The notes below the pieces were generated by a model. That model saw nothing but the letters and a program-made list of their open reading frames with translations. It had not been told where the DNA came from and did not search any database. This document shows, in pieces, positions 11,397-24,270 of a stretch of DNA of 64,000 bases. Within the stretch, counting starts at the first letter, position 1. The number at the start of each line of letters is the position of its first letter. The position numbers were made by a program, and so were the translations under genes. The stretch is from Patescibacteria group bacterium UBA5532 (GTDB taxonomy: Bacteria; Patescibacteriota; Gracilibacteria; BD1-5; UBA2023). The stretch spans positions 17,634 to 81,633 of the forward strand of contig DINU01000003.1 of the NCBI GenBank assembly GCA_002426885.1, read 5' to 3'.

Positions 11397-12107
11397 ATGA
11401 AAAAATATCTTCTCATTCTCGTTCCCCTGTTCCTCTCTGCATGTTCGTTCTGGGAAAAAGAAATCCCGCTCGAGGAGCAACCAGAATATTTCACAGTCGA
11501 TGCAGGAAGTGGATTTCAGATTCTCTATGACTCATGAATGACACAGAGCGCACGAGACGTCTACTCGAAGTGAGACATCGTGATAAATGGCTCGTATTTC
11601 TCATACTCAGGCGGAAGTGTGATTCCAGCAGGGCTTTTCGCGGAAAATGGAAAAATTCTCACGCCACTTCGTGACGACGATCCGAATCTCTCGCATGTCG
11701 TCCTCGTACATTCTGGAGCGGAGTGAACCTGGATATTCTCGAATGAGCGTATGTCAATCGGGGCACTTGCAGATGCTGATGTGCGAAATTCACTTTTTGC
11801 CTTTCAGGCAGGACCGCTCGTGATCGCATGAGGTGTGAGTCAGACATTTACCGGGAATCTTGCGATGACACCATATCCTCGTACATTGCTCGGGATTCTT
11901 CCGAGTGGCAAGACCTATTTCTTCGTCTTTCCGCATCCGAAGACGCTCGAAGAAGTCGCCCAGACACTCCAGAACGATCCTGATTTTCTCGAGAAAAATA
12001 TCACCGTGATAAATCTCGACGGGTGACCATCGAGTACATACTACGATGGCGTGCAGAGATGGAATGAAAATACGAAACTTCCTCTTTTTATCATTATTCA
12101 GAAATAA
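11397..12107 (+). CDS. Phosphodiester glycosidase family (DUF2233/NAGPA-like) lipoprotein
   Basis: MKKYLLILVPLFLSAC (lipobox). Motifs: INGSYFSYSGGSVIPAGLF, FAFQAGPLVIAGG, PRTLLGILPSGKTYFFVF, VINLDGGPSSTYY (family N-L-D-G-G-x-S-S motif). 5 in-frame TGA. TAA at 12105-12107. Confidence 0.7.
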
Positions 12108-12110
12108 TCT

Positions 12111-12356
12111 ATGATTCGAGTCTATACTTTTACTGTCTGTCCCTACTGTATCCAGGCAAAAAATCTCCTGAATTCTCTCGGAGTGAAGTATGAAGAGATT
12201 CCAGTCTCAGATGATGAACTCGCCGATCTTGCAAAAAAATCCGGAATGCGAACCGTCCCGCAGATTTTCGTATGAGATGTCTGTCTCTGAGGATACAGTG
12301 ATATCGCAGCGCTCCATGCGAAGTGAGAGCTCATCGGGAAGTTACAGGAGTTATAA
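12111..12356 (+). CDS. Glutaredoxin (81 aa)
   Basis: MIRVYTFTVCPYCIQAKNLL...RTVPQIFVGDVCLGGYSDIAALHAKGEL. CPYC active site and TVPQIF-x-G-x-x-x-GG motif. 3 in-frame TGA, so absent from the track. TAA at 12354-12356. Confidence 0.85.
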
Positions 12357-13004
12357 TTCGGGTATGCAGTTTCTATTATAGCCCATATCCACGAGTTTTT
12401 CATATGCCTGCCAGACGTCCTCTGGGATTTCTTGGTAAATCTGATATCCTTTTTCGGGGTAAAGTTGGATTCTTTGTAAATCTCCGACCATCACATGGAT
12501 GACTGTTTCCATCGGAATTATATCATTCGGATAATCGAGAAAAGATATCTGTGGCGATGTCACGATAAGCTTCTTATCGGGCCAGTTTTTTCGGAATGTC
12601 GCATAACTTCTTCGCTCCATATATGGCTTCTGTACAACGATAAATGACTCAGGATTTAGATTTTTTTCATGCAGAATACGCTGTGTGAACTGTATATTTT
12701 CCCCTGTATTGGTCGACATATTCTCGATGAGGATCGCGCCTCGAGGCACACCCATTTTCTCTGCGATACGCGCAAATATATCGGCTTCTGGCTCATCCCA
12801 TACGCCTTGCGTGAGATTTCAAAGTCCCCCAGAAAAGATCAGAATCGGTGCCCACCCGCCAAGATATAATTCTGCTCCTCTCTCAGCAACTCTCGTATCA
12901 TGACTCCCAAGCACGAGAATAGCATCGGATCGCCGAAGTGTATGATGCATGCGATGATATTCCCATATCTTCAGAGCGAGATGCTGTGTCTCTGTATCGA
13001 TCAT
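12351..13004 (-). CDS. YdcF-like DUF218 domain protein
   Basis: MIDTETQHLALKIWEYHRMHH...AILVLGSHDTRVAERGAELYLGGWAPILIFSGGLGNLT...VQKPYMERRSYATF. Track ORFs 12819-13076 and 12351-12755 are joined by one TGA. TAA at 12351-12353. Convergent 6-nt overlap with the glutaredoxin gene. Confidence 0.75.
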
Positions 13005-13020
13005 AAGGAAAAAGGGGAAA

Positions 13021-13863
13021 CTACTCTCACGCGATGTTACGGAGGAGTGCATGTATAGAATCCATAGAGCCGTCATGCGTGATCACGATGTCGAATTTAT
13101 TTTTATAAAGATCAAGATTTTTCTCGATATTTTCGTTTAAGAAGCCGATCCGAATGATCGTGTGCATATCACGATCATCGACCATATCGAGATCACCAAG
13201 CGAATCGCCAAGAAGAATGACATTTTTTCGTGAAGCGACAAAAGTCTTATATCGATCAGTGATTCTCGTAGTCGACTTATTCATCATATGAATCGGCTCA
13301 TTCTCGAATCCTGTTACACGCCCATCTGCATCGAAGATAAAAGTATTCGAGAGGATATGGACATTCGACGTCATTCGGTCTTCTTGTGCGAGTATCCCTC
13401 TGATAAGATTCCCGATTCCCGCAGAAAAAATCAGAATCGGGATATTTCGCGAAGCGAGAAAATCGAGAAAATCACACGCCCCATCACGTAGTATTTTCGG
13501 AGATTTCGCAAGGAGATCATCGATCACACCAGCATTCATACCAGATTCGATCAGAAGCACGAAATGTCTCTCCCACCATTCCTGCATCTTCTGGAAGCGA
13601 AAATCATACGAAAGTGAATGATCGATCTCGATCGGACGATACTCGTCAAAGAGCGCATATGCCTTCTCGACATAATCGTCCGAGAGATACCCTCATGCTC
13701 GAATGAGTGCGATTGCAGCCGGAATATATGTCTCATTCACAAAACACTTGGTCAGTGTCCGATCGAAATCAGAGACGATCTGGAGGGTATTGATTCCCTC
13801 TCGGCGAATATTTTCTATTTTTGCTTCGAGTGCTTCCCGATCCTGAAAGTGGATATTTTTCAT
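13021..13863 (-). CDS. HAD-superfamily pyrimidine 5'-nucleotidase (UMPH-1 / cytosolic 5'-nucleotidase III-like)
   Basis: HAD motif I VSDFDRTLTK, motif II ILIFSAGIG, motif IV LLGDSLGDLDM. The cap region between motifs I and II has the length and pattern of PF05822-type nucleotidases. Track ORFs 13693-13938 and 13027-13587 are joined by TGA. TGA at 13027 is followed by GAG and TAG (13021-13023). Confidence 0.65.
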
Positions 13864-13971
13864 AGTATGACGTATCGAAAATATACGCAAGTATATGAAG
13901 AAATACCACATCTGCAAAGAAGAGTAAAAAATACCCACGTTTCCGTGGGTATTCGGTTCTGACTCTGTGAA

Positions 13972-16900
13972 CTAGAGTTCATTTATATCACTGAAAACTG
14001 GTGGAGGACTCGTGATGATCTGTGGATTATACTCGATCACAAAAGGATATTTCGTATAGGAAGATGCGGTCGTATCATTCGTGTTTGTGAACTTCCGGAT
14101 CAGTCCAACGCGGAATCCACTACATGTTCCAGTAATATCACATGTTCCTCAGCCGATGATGCGCGTCGGATTTTCTGCATCGTTATACTTGTATGGTATC
14201 ATTGTCCCTGTCTGTCCGCCGACAGTCCCCGCATCGATCAGCGAGTAGCGACGTACATAGTCGAAGTCGTATTTCTGTGCGGTAGAAGCATCACATGTAG
14301 TCGCAGCGACAAAACGTGGACATGCGAGTGGATTCGCACGGGCTCATCCGATCGTATTCTGACTGATGATATTTCCGTAGAGATAGAGCTGATTACGAAG
14401 AAGGTCGATCGAGATATGTGAGTCATATGTCGTTGCCCAGGTTTTTCCACTTCCACTGAGGACCGCCTTATCGGCATAGAGCGTCCCGACGATATTGGTC
14501 ACACTTGGGTGAATGTAGATATTTCCACCACTTCCATATCCATCACTCATGACGATGATCCCGAGTATTGCGCCAGAATTCGTGTAGCTCATATTTCTAT
14601 CGATATAGAGATCTCCACCATAGAGAACGAGTGTCTTCGGGGAGCTAATATACTGATAGTCTGTATGATTACTGATCGCGAGATTCTGACCGGTGAGATA
14701 GAGTATGCCGTTTACGACATCCTTTCCGACTGGAAGATTTCGGATATTCGAGGCGACTGCTCTGCGAATACTGTTACTTACGGCAGCGAAGGATCATGAA
14801 CCGATGATGGAAGTGTATTCCGTCGAGACGATATTCGAGGCTGTCGATCCAGCGACATTTCCGATGACATTGATCTGATTCTGATATCCCATATCATCCT
14901 CGGTTCAGAAGTAGGAATCTTTTCCGATGATATTCCCATTATAGACGACATTTTTCCCATCGATCTGATACTGGAAGTGTGTACTCAGATATATCTCAGA
15001 GATAGGAGCAACACTCACACTCTTCTGGATCAGACGTGTGTAAAAATGTGGGAGCGCATTCGGAAATGTGTGGACTGGAGCGGTAATCTCTTCACGTGAT
15101 ACGGTAATCTCTGGAGTCGTCGCGGTCGTATCAGTCGTACTTCAGAAGAGAGAGAAATCCTGACTCTTCGACCCAGAGAATGTGACCTGAAACTGGTGAT
15201 TCGTCATATCTGCATCAGGACGCTCGCCATTTTTCGTGATACGAATACTCGAATCCTGGACACCTCCCTCGATAAATCCTCCAAGCGTCAGATCGCCTGA
15301 AAATGCTGATACATAGAGTGGACGGAAATAGAGTGGAATAAGCTGATCTTTTCCTGTGTCGTAGGTAAATGGCACTGGCTGAACTCCAAGAGGTGGATTC
15401 GCATCCTCTACATGTGCATCGATGCGAAGGAGTCGAAGGATCGCGAGCACATCTGACGTCTGACCATCTGCGGTCGTGTACCCTGATGCAGTCGGTGTGT
15501 AGACTTTGAAGTGGAAGACATATCTTCCGTCTATGTCTGGTTTTATATTGGTAAATTCTACCGTGCTCATTTTACCGATATCAAGTGTCTTCCACTCGAG
15601 TTCTCCGGTGTCATTCTTCATGATGCCGATATCGACAGATGATCCACCCGTTCGGTCAAACTGATTCAGGAAGAGACTATTCTCGAGCGTAAGCTTCAGA
15701 TCGATCGATCGTCCGAGGACAGGATCTGGAAGGAATGGATTCTGGTACTGATCTCTGAAGTCATATCCGAGTGTGCGGACGATTCCGTCTGCGATATTAT
15801 TTCCGCGATCTGCAAGTAATCCTCCTGGTTTTGTCAGTCCACCATCATCGTCACCATCAGTTTTTCATCCTGGATTTGTCAGTCCAGCACTTCCATCTCA
15901 TGAGCGATTATTTTCATCGACGATATTCGTCACCTGGTGGTTAATCACGATCTCATATTCTCGATTCTCTCCGAGTGGTGTCGCTTTTACATAGAAGTAT
16001 CCGTACTGGATCGTCTGATTCTCAGCGACATCCTTCGTATAGACCATGAATCGATAGAGTCCCGCTTTTCCGATCTGTGTGTCATCAAGTGTGATCTGAA
16101 CGTTTATAAATGGAAGTCCCGTACGTGGCGTCTCTCATGTGATACTCAGATCGGTCGCTCCCGTGACATAGATGATATTTTCTGCTGTCGAGAGGCCAGT
16201 CTCTCACTCGAGTGGAAGTGTCTCTCCGAGCTCATCAGTGATACGATCGAGCTCGATCATGTATTCCCCGATCCCTGAGGCACCACTCCAGTTTTTCTGG
16301 ATATTATCCCAGTTCGGATTATCGATATTTCCCATCTCCGTGACGGATGGTCCTCATGGCACACGTGTCTGAGATCCATCCCAGCGACTCGTCATATTAT
16401 CCTGAAGATTGATGGTAAATGTCTGCTTCCCGGCATAGTACACTCCTGTCGAGACGAGATTATTCTCATCATCGAGAAGGACTTGTGGATTTTCACTACC
16501 GATTTCTTCATGTCATGGATATGCCTGACCTGATCCGACGATACTCGTGACAGGGAGTATCTTATCGATATATGGACCATGAACATCGTCCGTATCATAC
16601 TGGACCGTATAGGTACATTTTTCGATCGTATACAGGTAGTGTTTATCTGTATTATCAGTCATACGATTTGCGATCTCACGAAGCTTGATGATCGCATCTA
16701 CGAAACTCTGTCCCTGTAGAGAAAAAATCTTCTGCTTGATAGAGGCAAGTTCTGCGAGATCATCCGCATTGGTGTATTTTTTTTCTGCGATTCTCTGATC
16801 GATCAGCGAAGATTTGATCGTCATGACACAATCTCGCTTGATCGACTTCGGATCATCTACACGTACAGTCGTGTCGCATGCGACATCTGACGCGCTCGAA

Positions 16901-17742
16901 TTATGAACTACATCATAGAATGGCGCTTCATCAGGATGAAACGATGCCTGAAGATGATTCAGAGGTCATGAGAGCATTGGATCGTTATTTTCACATCCAG
17001 AATCCCCATCATAACAGTATCCTGTCGCTTCGATATCACGATTGGTCCAGATTCCATTATAGACTTCTCCATTATCCAGGTACTTCAGTGTGTCATCTTT
17101 GGCAGTTGTCTTAATCGTATCGAGAAGTCCTGTCAGATCCTCGATATACCCGGTCGGCGCTAAGACGGATCCGACTCGATTTCATGAGGCATCACCATAT
17201 CCAGCACGAACACAGATCGGCTCGACTGGATCCCATTTATACTGCTTCGTATCCGAAAGTGTCACGATAAGTCCCATATTTGGAGTACTGGGATCTGCTG
17301 GATTACATTGTGCATTTTTATCGAATCCTGGACCCCACCCAGGAGCGAAGAGCTTCCCATCGAGGACGACATTATATCCCGCTTGCATAGGGACACATCC
17401 ACTCCGAGAGTAGATCGTGTATGAGCCGGTGACATTGCCCTCATCATCATAGATAGAGTATGACTGAGATCTATCGACACATCATTTATAACAGATATTT
17501 CCATACTTCGGCATGGCTACTGGTGATCGACCTGAGTAGTTCGGGTTGCTCGGACAGGCTTCTGGAGCTCCAGAGTCCTTGAAGACGGTAATATTCTGAT
17601 TAATCGTGAGGATATTGACTCCTGTCGGCTTCTCATAGTCTTTCGTACCGATATAGTCCGTGACAAAATCTCACCATGCGAAGGTGATCGCTGGGACAGA
17701 AATCAGCGAGAGTGAGAGCAGTGAAAAGAAAATCTTTTTCAT
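13972..17742 (-). CDS. Giant secreted surface protein (1256 aa), unknown function
   Basis: Signal peptide: MKKIFFSLLSLSLISVPAITFAWG. Every 60-nt line from 13972 to 17742 was checked in frame and holds only TGA interruptions. Track pieces 14344-14592, 15142-15621, 16513-16824 and 17182-17388 are all in this frame. It is beta-rich, for example NVVYNGNIIGKDSYFGTEDDMGYQNQINVIGNVAG. It has a duplicated D/G-rich motif GDGSAGLTNPGGKTDGDDDGGLTKPGG (about 15790-15900). TAG at 13972-13974. Confidence 0.8.
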
Positions 17743-17760
17743 AAAAGGAAGAAAAGAAAA

Positions 17761-18084
17761 TTATATCGATACATGTCCAGAAACCTGGCTTGGAGGACTA
17801 CTACGCGTTGGGGTTTGTGTATTGTTATTGTTATTATCGATAACATCTGGAATTATGACCTCCGATGGAGCAGAACTTCCAGAAGTTTTCGGACATTCCC
17901 CTGCGTCAAAATTTCCATCATATGTGACGGTCGCGGTCGGGTCGGTAAACCCGCGTATATCACTCGGACCATACCACTCATCCGAGTTATCATCATCGAA
18001 AGTGATCGCCGCATATGCGACAGAAAAAATAGCGACACATCAGACTGCGAGAGAAATCCGTGTAAAAAGTCAGGAGTATTTCAT
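17761..18084 (-). CDS. Small secreted protein (107 aa) immediately upstream of the giant protein gene
   Basis: MKYSGLFTRISLAVGCVAIFSVAYA signal, then ITFDDDNSDEWYGPSDIRGFTDPTATVTYDGNFDAGECPKTSGSSAPSEVIIPDVIDNNNNNTQTPTRSSPPSQ. 2 in-frame TGA. TAA at 17761-17763. 18-nt spacer to the next gene. Verified codon by codon. Confidence 0.65.
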
Positions 18085-18258
18085 ACGAAAAGAATAAGAA
18101 CATTCGTATGCTATCATATTTCTTATGCTTTCGCAAATTTTCGATCTTGAATGACTCGGGATGAAAAAATGTATTACCCTGAAAATGACGGAAAATGCAC
18201 TTGCTTTTATTTGCAAAGAGAAAAAGTCTTATTATAATCACTCTATTCATTTTCTTGT

Positions 18259-18522
18259 ATGAAATATATCGCCTCACTCCTGCTCCTCTCGGTCACATTT
18301 CTGAGTGCATGTGGTGTGGAAGTTACCTCGCCCGAGACGAGCTCTGGAACAGAAGTCTCATCATGAAGTACAAGCACTGGGAATGCTATCGGAGTGATCA
18401 CGACACAGACCACAGAGGAAAGTGGAGTCACTATCTCTGTCACGACTGTATCCGATGCAACGGGTACGACTCTGACTCCAGAGGAAGTCGAATCCCTCCG
18501 AAATGAAATCTTTAAGAACTAA
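18259..18522 (+). CDS. Small S/T-rich lipoprotein (87 aa)
   Basis: MKYIASLLLLSVTFLSAC (lipobox), then a T/S/G/E-rich mature part. 1 in-frame TGA. TAA at 18520-18522. Confidence 0.6.
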
Positions 18523-18524
18523 TT

Positions 18525-19040
18525 ATGAAAAGACGCACACTCGTACTCATACGTCATGGAAAGGCTGTCGAAGCCGAGGAATTCGAGGGAGATGACTTCG
18601 ATCGTCCCCTGCTCGATAAGTGAGAAAAAGATATCGAGAAAATATGAAAATTCCTCCGCCTGAGTGGAATCCGTCCGAACAGGATCATCACATCTCCTGC
18701 GAAACGAACGATCGAGACGACAGAGGTCTTGCGTCCACTTTTTAAGGGAGAAGACTTTCAGGTAGAAAAAGATATATATACCTTTGATCTTCCTGACTTT
18801 ACACTCTTCCAGAAGATTATCGCACCACTTGATGAGTCCGATGAGACAGTTTTTTTTATCGGGCATAATCTCTCACTGACTTATTTTGCTCAGTTTCTCA
18901 TAGGTACTTCGGGACCACCACTGAAAAAGTGAAGTGCACTCGTACTCCGATCGAAGGAAAAATGTGGATGGGATAAGATTACGGAAGGATCGATGGAGCC
19001 TATATACTACGTAACGCCGACATTTCTCCGAGAGGAATAG
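18525..19040 (+). CDS. sixA: SixA-type phosphohistidine phosphatase (histidine phosphatase superfamily branch 1)
   Basis: MKRRTLVLIRHGKAVEAE...RPLLDKGEKDIEKIGKFL...IITSPAKRTIETTEVL...VFFIGHNLSLTYFAQFL. R-H-G catalytic motif and the second His in G-H-N. 3 in-frame TGA. TAG at 19038-19040. Confidence 0.75.
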
Positions 19041-19113
19041 TCGACATATATGGAAAATCTTCCTCATCATAGGGAAGATTTTTTCGAGAATCTCAGAAAT
19101 TTTTTTCTTCATT

Positions 19114-19524
19114 ATGCACTGTATCGTATACACCGACGGATGATCGCGTGGAAATCCCTGACCTGCTGGATATGGCGTCGTGCTGAAAAACTGAGAGAGT
19201 CATACCATCGGAAGGTGGTATCATTTTCTCGGGAAAACGACGAATAATGTCGCAGAATACGAGTGAGTCAAGCGTGGGATCGCCGAGGCAATCCATGCTG
19301 GAGCAGAAAGTATCGATCTCAGAGCTGACTCCGAACTGATCGTGCGTCAGCTCTCCTGAGTATATAAAGTCCGAAATGCGGATCTTTTTCGAATATTTTC
19401 TGAGATTCGAGCGATGATCGCAGACTGGTGAGGCAAGATCACATTTACACATGTATATCGCGAAGCGAATAAAGAAGCGGATGCACTCGCGAATCGCGCC
19501 ATGGACGAGGGAATGGGAAAATAA
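19114..19524 (+). CDS. rnhA: Ribonuclease HI family protein (136 aa)
   Basis: Absent from the track (6 in-frame TGA). MHCIVYTDGGSRGNPGPAGYGVVLKNGESHTIGRWYHFLGKTTNNVAEYEGVKRGIAEAIHAGAESIDLRADSELIVRQLSGVYKVRNADLFRIFSEIRAMIADWGGKITFTHVYREANKEADALANRAMDEG. DGG-x-x-x-NPG, TNN-x-AEY, DS-x-L and RE-x-N-x-x-AD motifs are all present. TAA at 19522-19524. Confidence 0.88.
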
Positions 19525-19628
19525 CGCTACGAAGATTTTTATTCGGAAATCTTTTCAGGGTACTTGTATCAGAAAAATTTTTTATATACTACTTCCAAAG
19601 AGAAAATTTATATCCTCATATTTTTCCG

Positions 19629-20870
19629 ATGGGATTCTTCAGAAAAACATTCCGCATATGGTGGCAAAAACCACGTAAACTCGAGGATATCGAGGAGAAT
19701 CGAGAAGTGACTTTCTTGGAACTTTTTTATGATCTTGCATATGTCGGAATCATATATCAGATTACACATGGACTTATCGACCATCTCAGCGTCGGCGGTA
19801 TCATCATGTACATATTCCTCTACGTCATGATATTTTTCGCATGGGTAAATGGAACGTGGTATCATGAGCTCCATGGAAATAACGATCTTCGGACTCGCGT
19901 GTTTACGTTTTTACAGGTTTTTGCACTGACATTTATCGGGATATTTGCACCGACCGCATTCAGTGAAGGGGGTGCTGATGGTTTTGCGGTAGCGTATATC
20001 GCTTTTATGATCATAATCACATGGCTCTGGGCGAGTACGGGCATATACGACAAGATGCATCGAGTCATCTCGATGCCCTATAGTCTCGGATTTTCGTTCA
20101 CGATTACGCTCTTCATTATTTCGTTATTTGTACCCGCGCCAGTAAAATTTTATCTCTGGTTCTTCGGGATTGCTTTTGCTTTCTTCATGCCGATCGTATT
20201 ACCACTGGTGATCCACACATATCCACAGCACCGAGAGCTCGGACTTCGCATTCGTCCATCACTAGCAGAACGATTCGGACTCTTGACGATTATCGTGCTC
20301 GGTGAAGTGATCGCATCGATTATGCGGAGTGCATCGCATCATGAGTACCTCACACATGAAATAATACTGTATATATTTGAGAGTCTTGCGATCGCTACGA
20401 CGCTCTGGTGGCTCTATTCTGATCTAGTTGCGAGACGACTCCCGATACAGAAAGATTTTTCACGCATGGCATGGATGTATCTCCACTTTCCAGTTACTCT
20501 CAGTATTGGCCTGGTAGCTGGTGGACTCTACGCTCTTCTCGAGGATCCAGAAAATATCACGAGTCTTGATAAGTGGATTGTTATCGGACCGATCGTGACG
20601 TTTCTGCTTTCTCTGAAGCTTCTCATATACACACTTCAAGGCACCAATAAAGAAAGTCAGATCGTCTATAGAAGATCTGGAGAAGTTGCTCTGCTCGCGG
20701 GTCTCTGTATTCTGATCGTGGGATTGCTCGATATACCGATGGCGATGACTCTGGCACTCTGCATTTTCTTTCTTCTCTTTCCGGTCTTCTTCGCTATTCG
20801 GTCATGGATTACATATAGGGTATCACTTCAGGAAAAGAGTGCTTCTATAAGCACTGAGAAAAAGGCGTAA
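19629..20870 (+). CDS. ltrA: Low-temperature-requirement protein A (LtrA) family membrane protein
   Basis: Intact 413-aa ORF. N-terminal REVTFLELFYDLAYVGIIYQI motif and about 10 TM helices typical of PF06772. No in-frame TGA despite about 25 Gly. Confidence 0.75.
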   Translation: MGFFRKTFRIWWQKPRKLEDIEENREVTFLELFYDLAYVGIIYQITHGLIDHLSVGGIIMYIFLYVMIFFAWVNGTWYHELHGNNDLRTRVFTFLQVFALTFIGIFAPTAFSEGGADGFAVAYIAFMIIITWLWASTGIYDKMHRVISMPYSLGFSFTITLFIISLFVPAPVKFYLWFFGIAFAFFMPIVLPLVIHTYPQHRELGLRIRPSLAERFGLLTIIVLGEVIASIMRSASHHEYLTHEIILYIFESLAIATTLWWLYSDLVARRLPIQKDFSRMAWMYLHFPVTLSIGLVAGGLYALLEDPENITSLDKWIVIGPIVTFLLSLKLLIYTLQGTNKESQIVYRRSGEVALLAGLCILIVGLLDIPMAMTLALCIFFLLFPVFFAIRSWITYRVSLQEKSASISTEKKA

Positions 20871-20938
20871 AATGACTTCTAAATAACACATGGTTATCTC
20901 TGGAGAAACACATGGATGTGGGAGAATACTATTCCATG

Positions 20939-22108
20939 TTATTTTTTCGTTTTCTCCTGCAGCCATCTATCCTTTGCTCATATGGCAACCACCCCCAGAC
21001 CAGTGACTCATTCGTCGAATGATGAGAAAGCGCTTCTATAAGCCTGTGGAATTTGGGATATAAATCTTATAATATCATTGTATGTATCGGGTGAAAAATC
21101 CTGTTCAAGAAAAGCAAGCATCTTTCTTAGCTCTACAAGGATATTCACACAATCCTCAAGGGATTTTACAAGGACAAGATTGAAGGAGAGTTCGGTTTTC
21201 CAATGAAGTGAATCTGATTTGATAGAGGAAATACGTCTTAACAATCTTCAGAGCATATTTTCCTTTGGGATGCCTCTATATGTCCGTTCCTCATCATCAA
21301 GTGCTTGCAGTGCGCGCTTGAGAACATCGAAACTCTCTTCTGTAAGTGTCTTTCTTGCCATGTTATAGGCATTATTTGCCTCTTCTAGAAAAGGAATCTT
21401 TACTTTTAGTTCAGAGATTTTTTCTTCAAATCCTGGAATTATTCTCTCCAGATCTGAATACATGCCCATGCGTGTTATTTTGTCTATTAAGCCTAAAAAT
21501 ACATCTAGAGTTCTTTCGGTCTGAATATTCTTATAAAAACGTTCCACTGCTTTGAGAGATATCGCTCGATCAAGCTTATCAATCTCCTCATCTGTTATAT
21601 TATCAACCGTAATATTATGATTCCGCGCATCTTGGATTGCATTGCGAAGATTATGAATTAGTCCAGCCCCATCGATAGGAGTTCCGAACAATCCATAATG
21701 GTCTGATTGTATATAATGATCAATTCTTAGGCGATACACTCGTATTCGTTTCAGAAGTAATTCTGTTCGAAATCATTCCATGAGTACCTGTGACCTCGGA
21801 ACTCTGCTATGCTCTTCTATCCACTGAAGCTGGGAGAAGTAGTCATTCAGTTTCTCTAAGTTGCCAGCAAAAATCAGATTTTCATCCTCTACTCTTAAAA
21901 AATGTTCTACCAAGTGCATCAATCAGCTAATATGGATCGAGAGAGCATCCTGAAATTCTATGGTTTCTCACCGCTCAATAATGCCTTCCTCTATAATCCT
22001 AAGCACTCAATTTCGTACTTCTTTGGGAAAATTTAGGGGTGACGTTGTGGGTGGTGTATTGCATTCAGTGGCTTCTTGTCAAATAGCGGGGTTCTGATTT
22101 TGATTCAT
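20939..22108 (-). CDS. Hypothetical cytoplasmic protein (389 aa)
   Basis: ATG at 22108 (MNQNQNPAIGQEATECNTPP...). Track ORFs 21248-21739 and 21008-21244 plus the 3' tail of 22079-22477 are in one frame. Hand check found only TGA interruptions. TAA at 20939-20941. Helical, E/L/I-rich. No motif I recognise. Confidence 0.6.
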
Positions 22109-22195
22109 GATTAATGTTGTAAGTATTAAAATCGATATAATTATAGATAATATTATATAAAATGCAAATATTGTGATGGAACTTCCCCTTCCTGA

Positions 22196-23425
<1,230 letters not shown>

Positions 23426-23494
23426 AACATTTTTCACTTCGTCATACACGAAGATATTATTATCTCGAGAAAAAAATCAGAAAAACCTCCACAT

Positions 23495-24019
23495 CTATCC
23501 ACGTGGCTCATATCTATGAAGCGTGAGGAGGCACGAGTCGATCGTCCACTGAAGATGGAATAGAAAATTTCCCTCAGTCGAATGCACCATATGAAAATGC
23601 TTCACTCTCTCAAGAAGCTCTATCAGGACTTCTTTTTGTTCTTTGGTAAGTGTGATTTCTCCCTGCTCAAGAGCTCATCGAAGGGACTCGATAAAGGATA
23701 ACTGTGCGAATGATCCGCCACGGAATGCAGAACCATAGAGCTCATTCTCGTAATCCTGCTCCGTAAGAAAGTTATACATCCACTCGGTCGGAAGTGTATC
23801 AGGATCGAGGAGAATCGCAGGAGTGGACTCGTACTCGAGCACGAAGCCAATGAGACGATAGTAATGGAGCTTTCTCCGATCTGTCTCCGTCAGAATATAT
23901 ATCTTCTCTTCTTCCCCGGACATCTCCGTCTGCATCTCGATCTGATGGGGGTATATCGGCGTCTCTATTCCGAGAAAGAACTGAGAAAAGAGGAGGAAAA
24001 ATCCATACATGGAGAACAT
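23495..24019 (-). CDS. Hypothetical membrane-anchored protein (174 aa)
   Basis: MFSMYGFFLLFSQFFLGI N-terminal helix. Track ORF 23675-24019 continues through one TGA to TAG at 23495-23497. Confidence 0.55.
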
Positions 24020-24223
24020 CTGAGAAAAAATCGAGTGATTAACTCGGAGCTATGGTACAGGATTTTTATATCAAGGCAAGAAGAAATATCTTCCCCGAGG
24101 TAAATGACACATTCCCAAGAATATCCCTCATGATCGAGAAGGGAGTATGTGAGAGGAGGGGAAAGAATTATCTTTTATTCTGAAAATGCTCGTACTTGTA
24201 TTCCAAGCTTGTCTAAAAAACCT

Positions 24224-24270
24224 CCCCATTTTCCCCCACACCCCTCTACTTTGTTGGACTACCCCTCCCC
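24224..24270 (-). other. Cluster of five G4-G5 runs on the minus strand (C-runs on plus) in a 366-nt non-coding gap
   Basis: Plus strand: cctCCCCattttCCCCCacaCCCCtctactttgttggactaCCCCtCCCCgat. On the transcribed (minus) strand this gives GGGG-A-GGGG-N17-GGGG-TGT-GGGGG-AAAAT-GGGG. Confidence 0.6.

Noticed and set aside
19093-19452. 119-aa intact ORF on the minus strand
   Set aside because: It is antisense to a textbook RNase HI frame (19114-19524). Its own translation is S/C-rich with no motif, and it would overlap the sixA end by 40 nt. It is a shadow ORF.
19629-20870. LtrA gene as a clear horizontal acquisition because it has zero TGA in 413 codons
   Set aside because: Its GC looks like the genome average, and the core gene murC also runs 414 codons without TGA. 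The signal is not specific. It is kept only as part of the TGA-heterogeneity observation.
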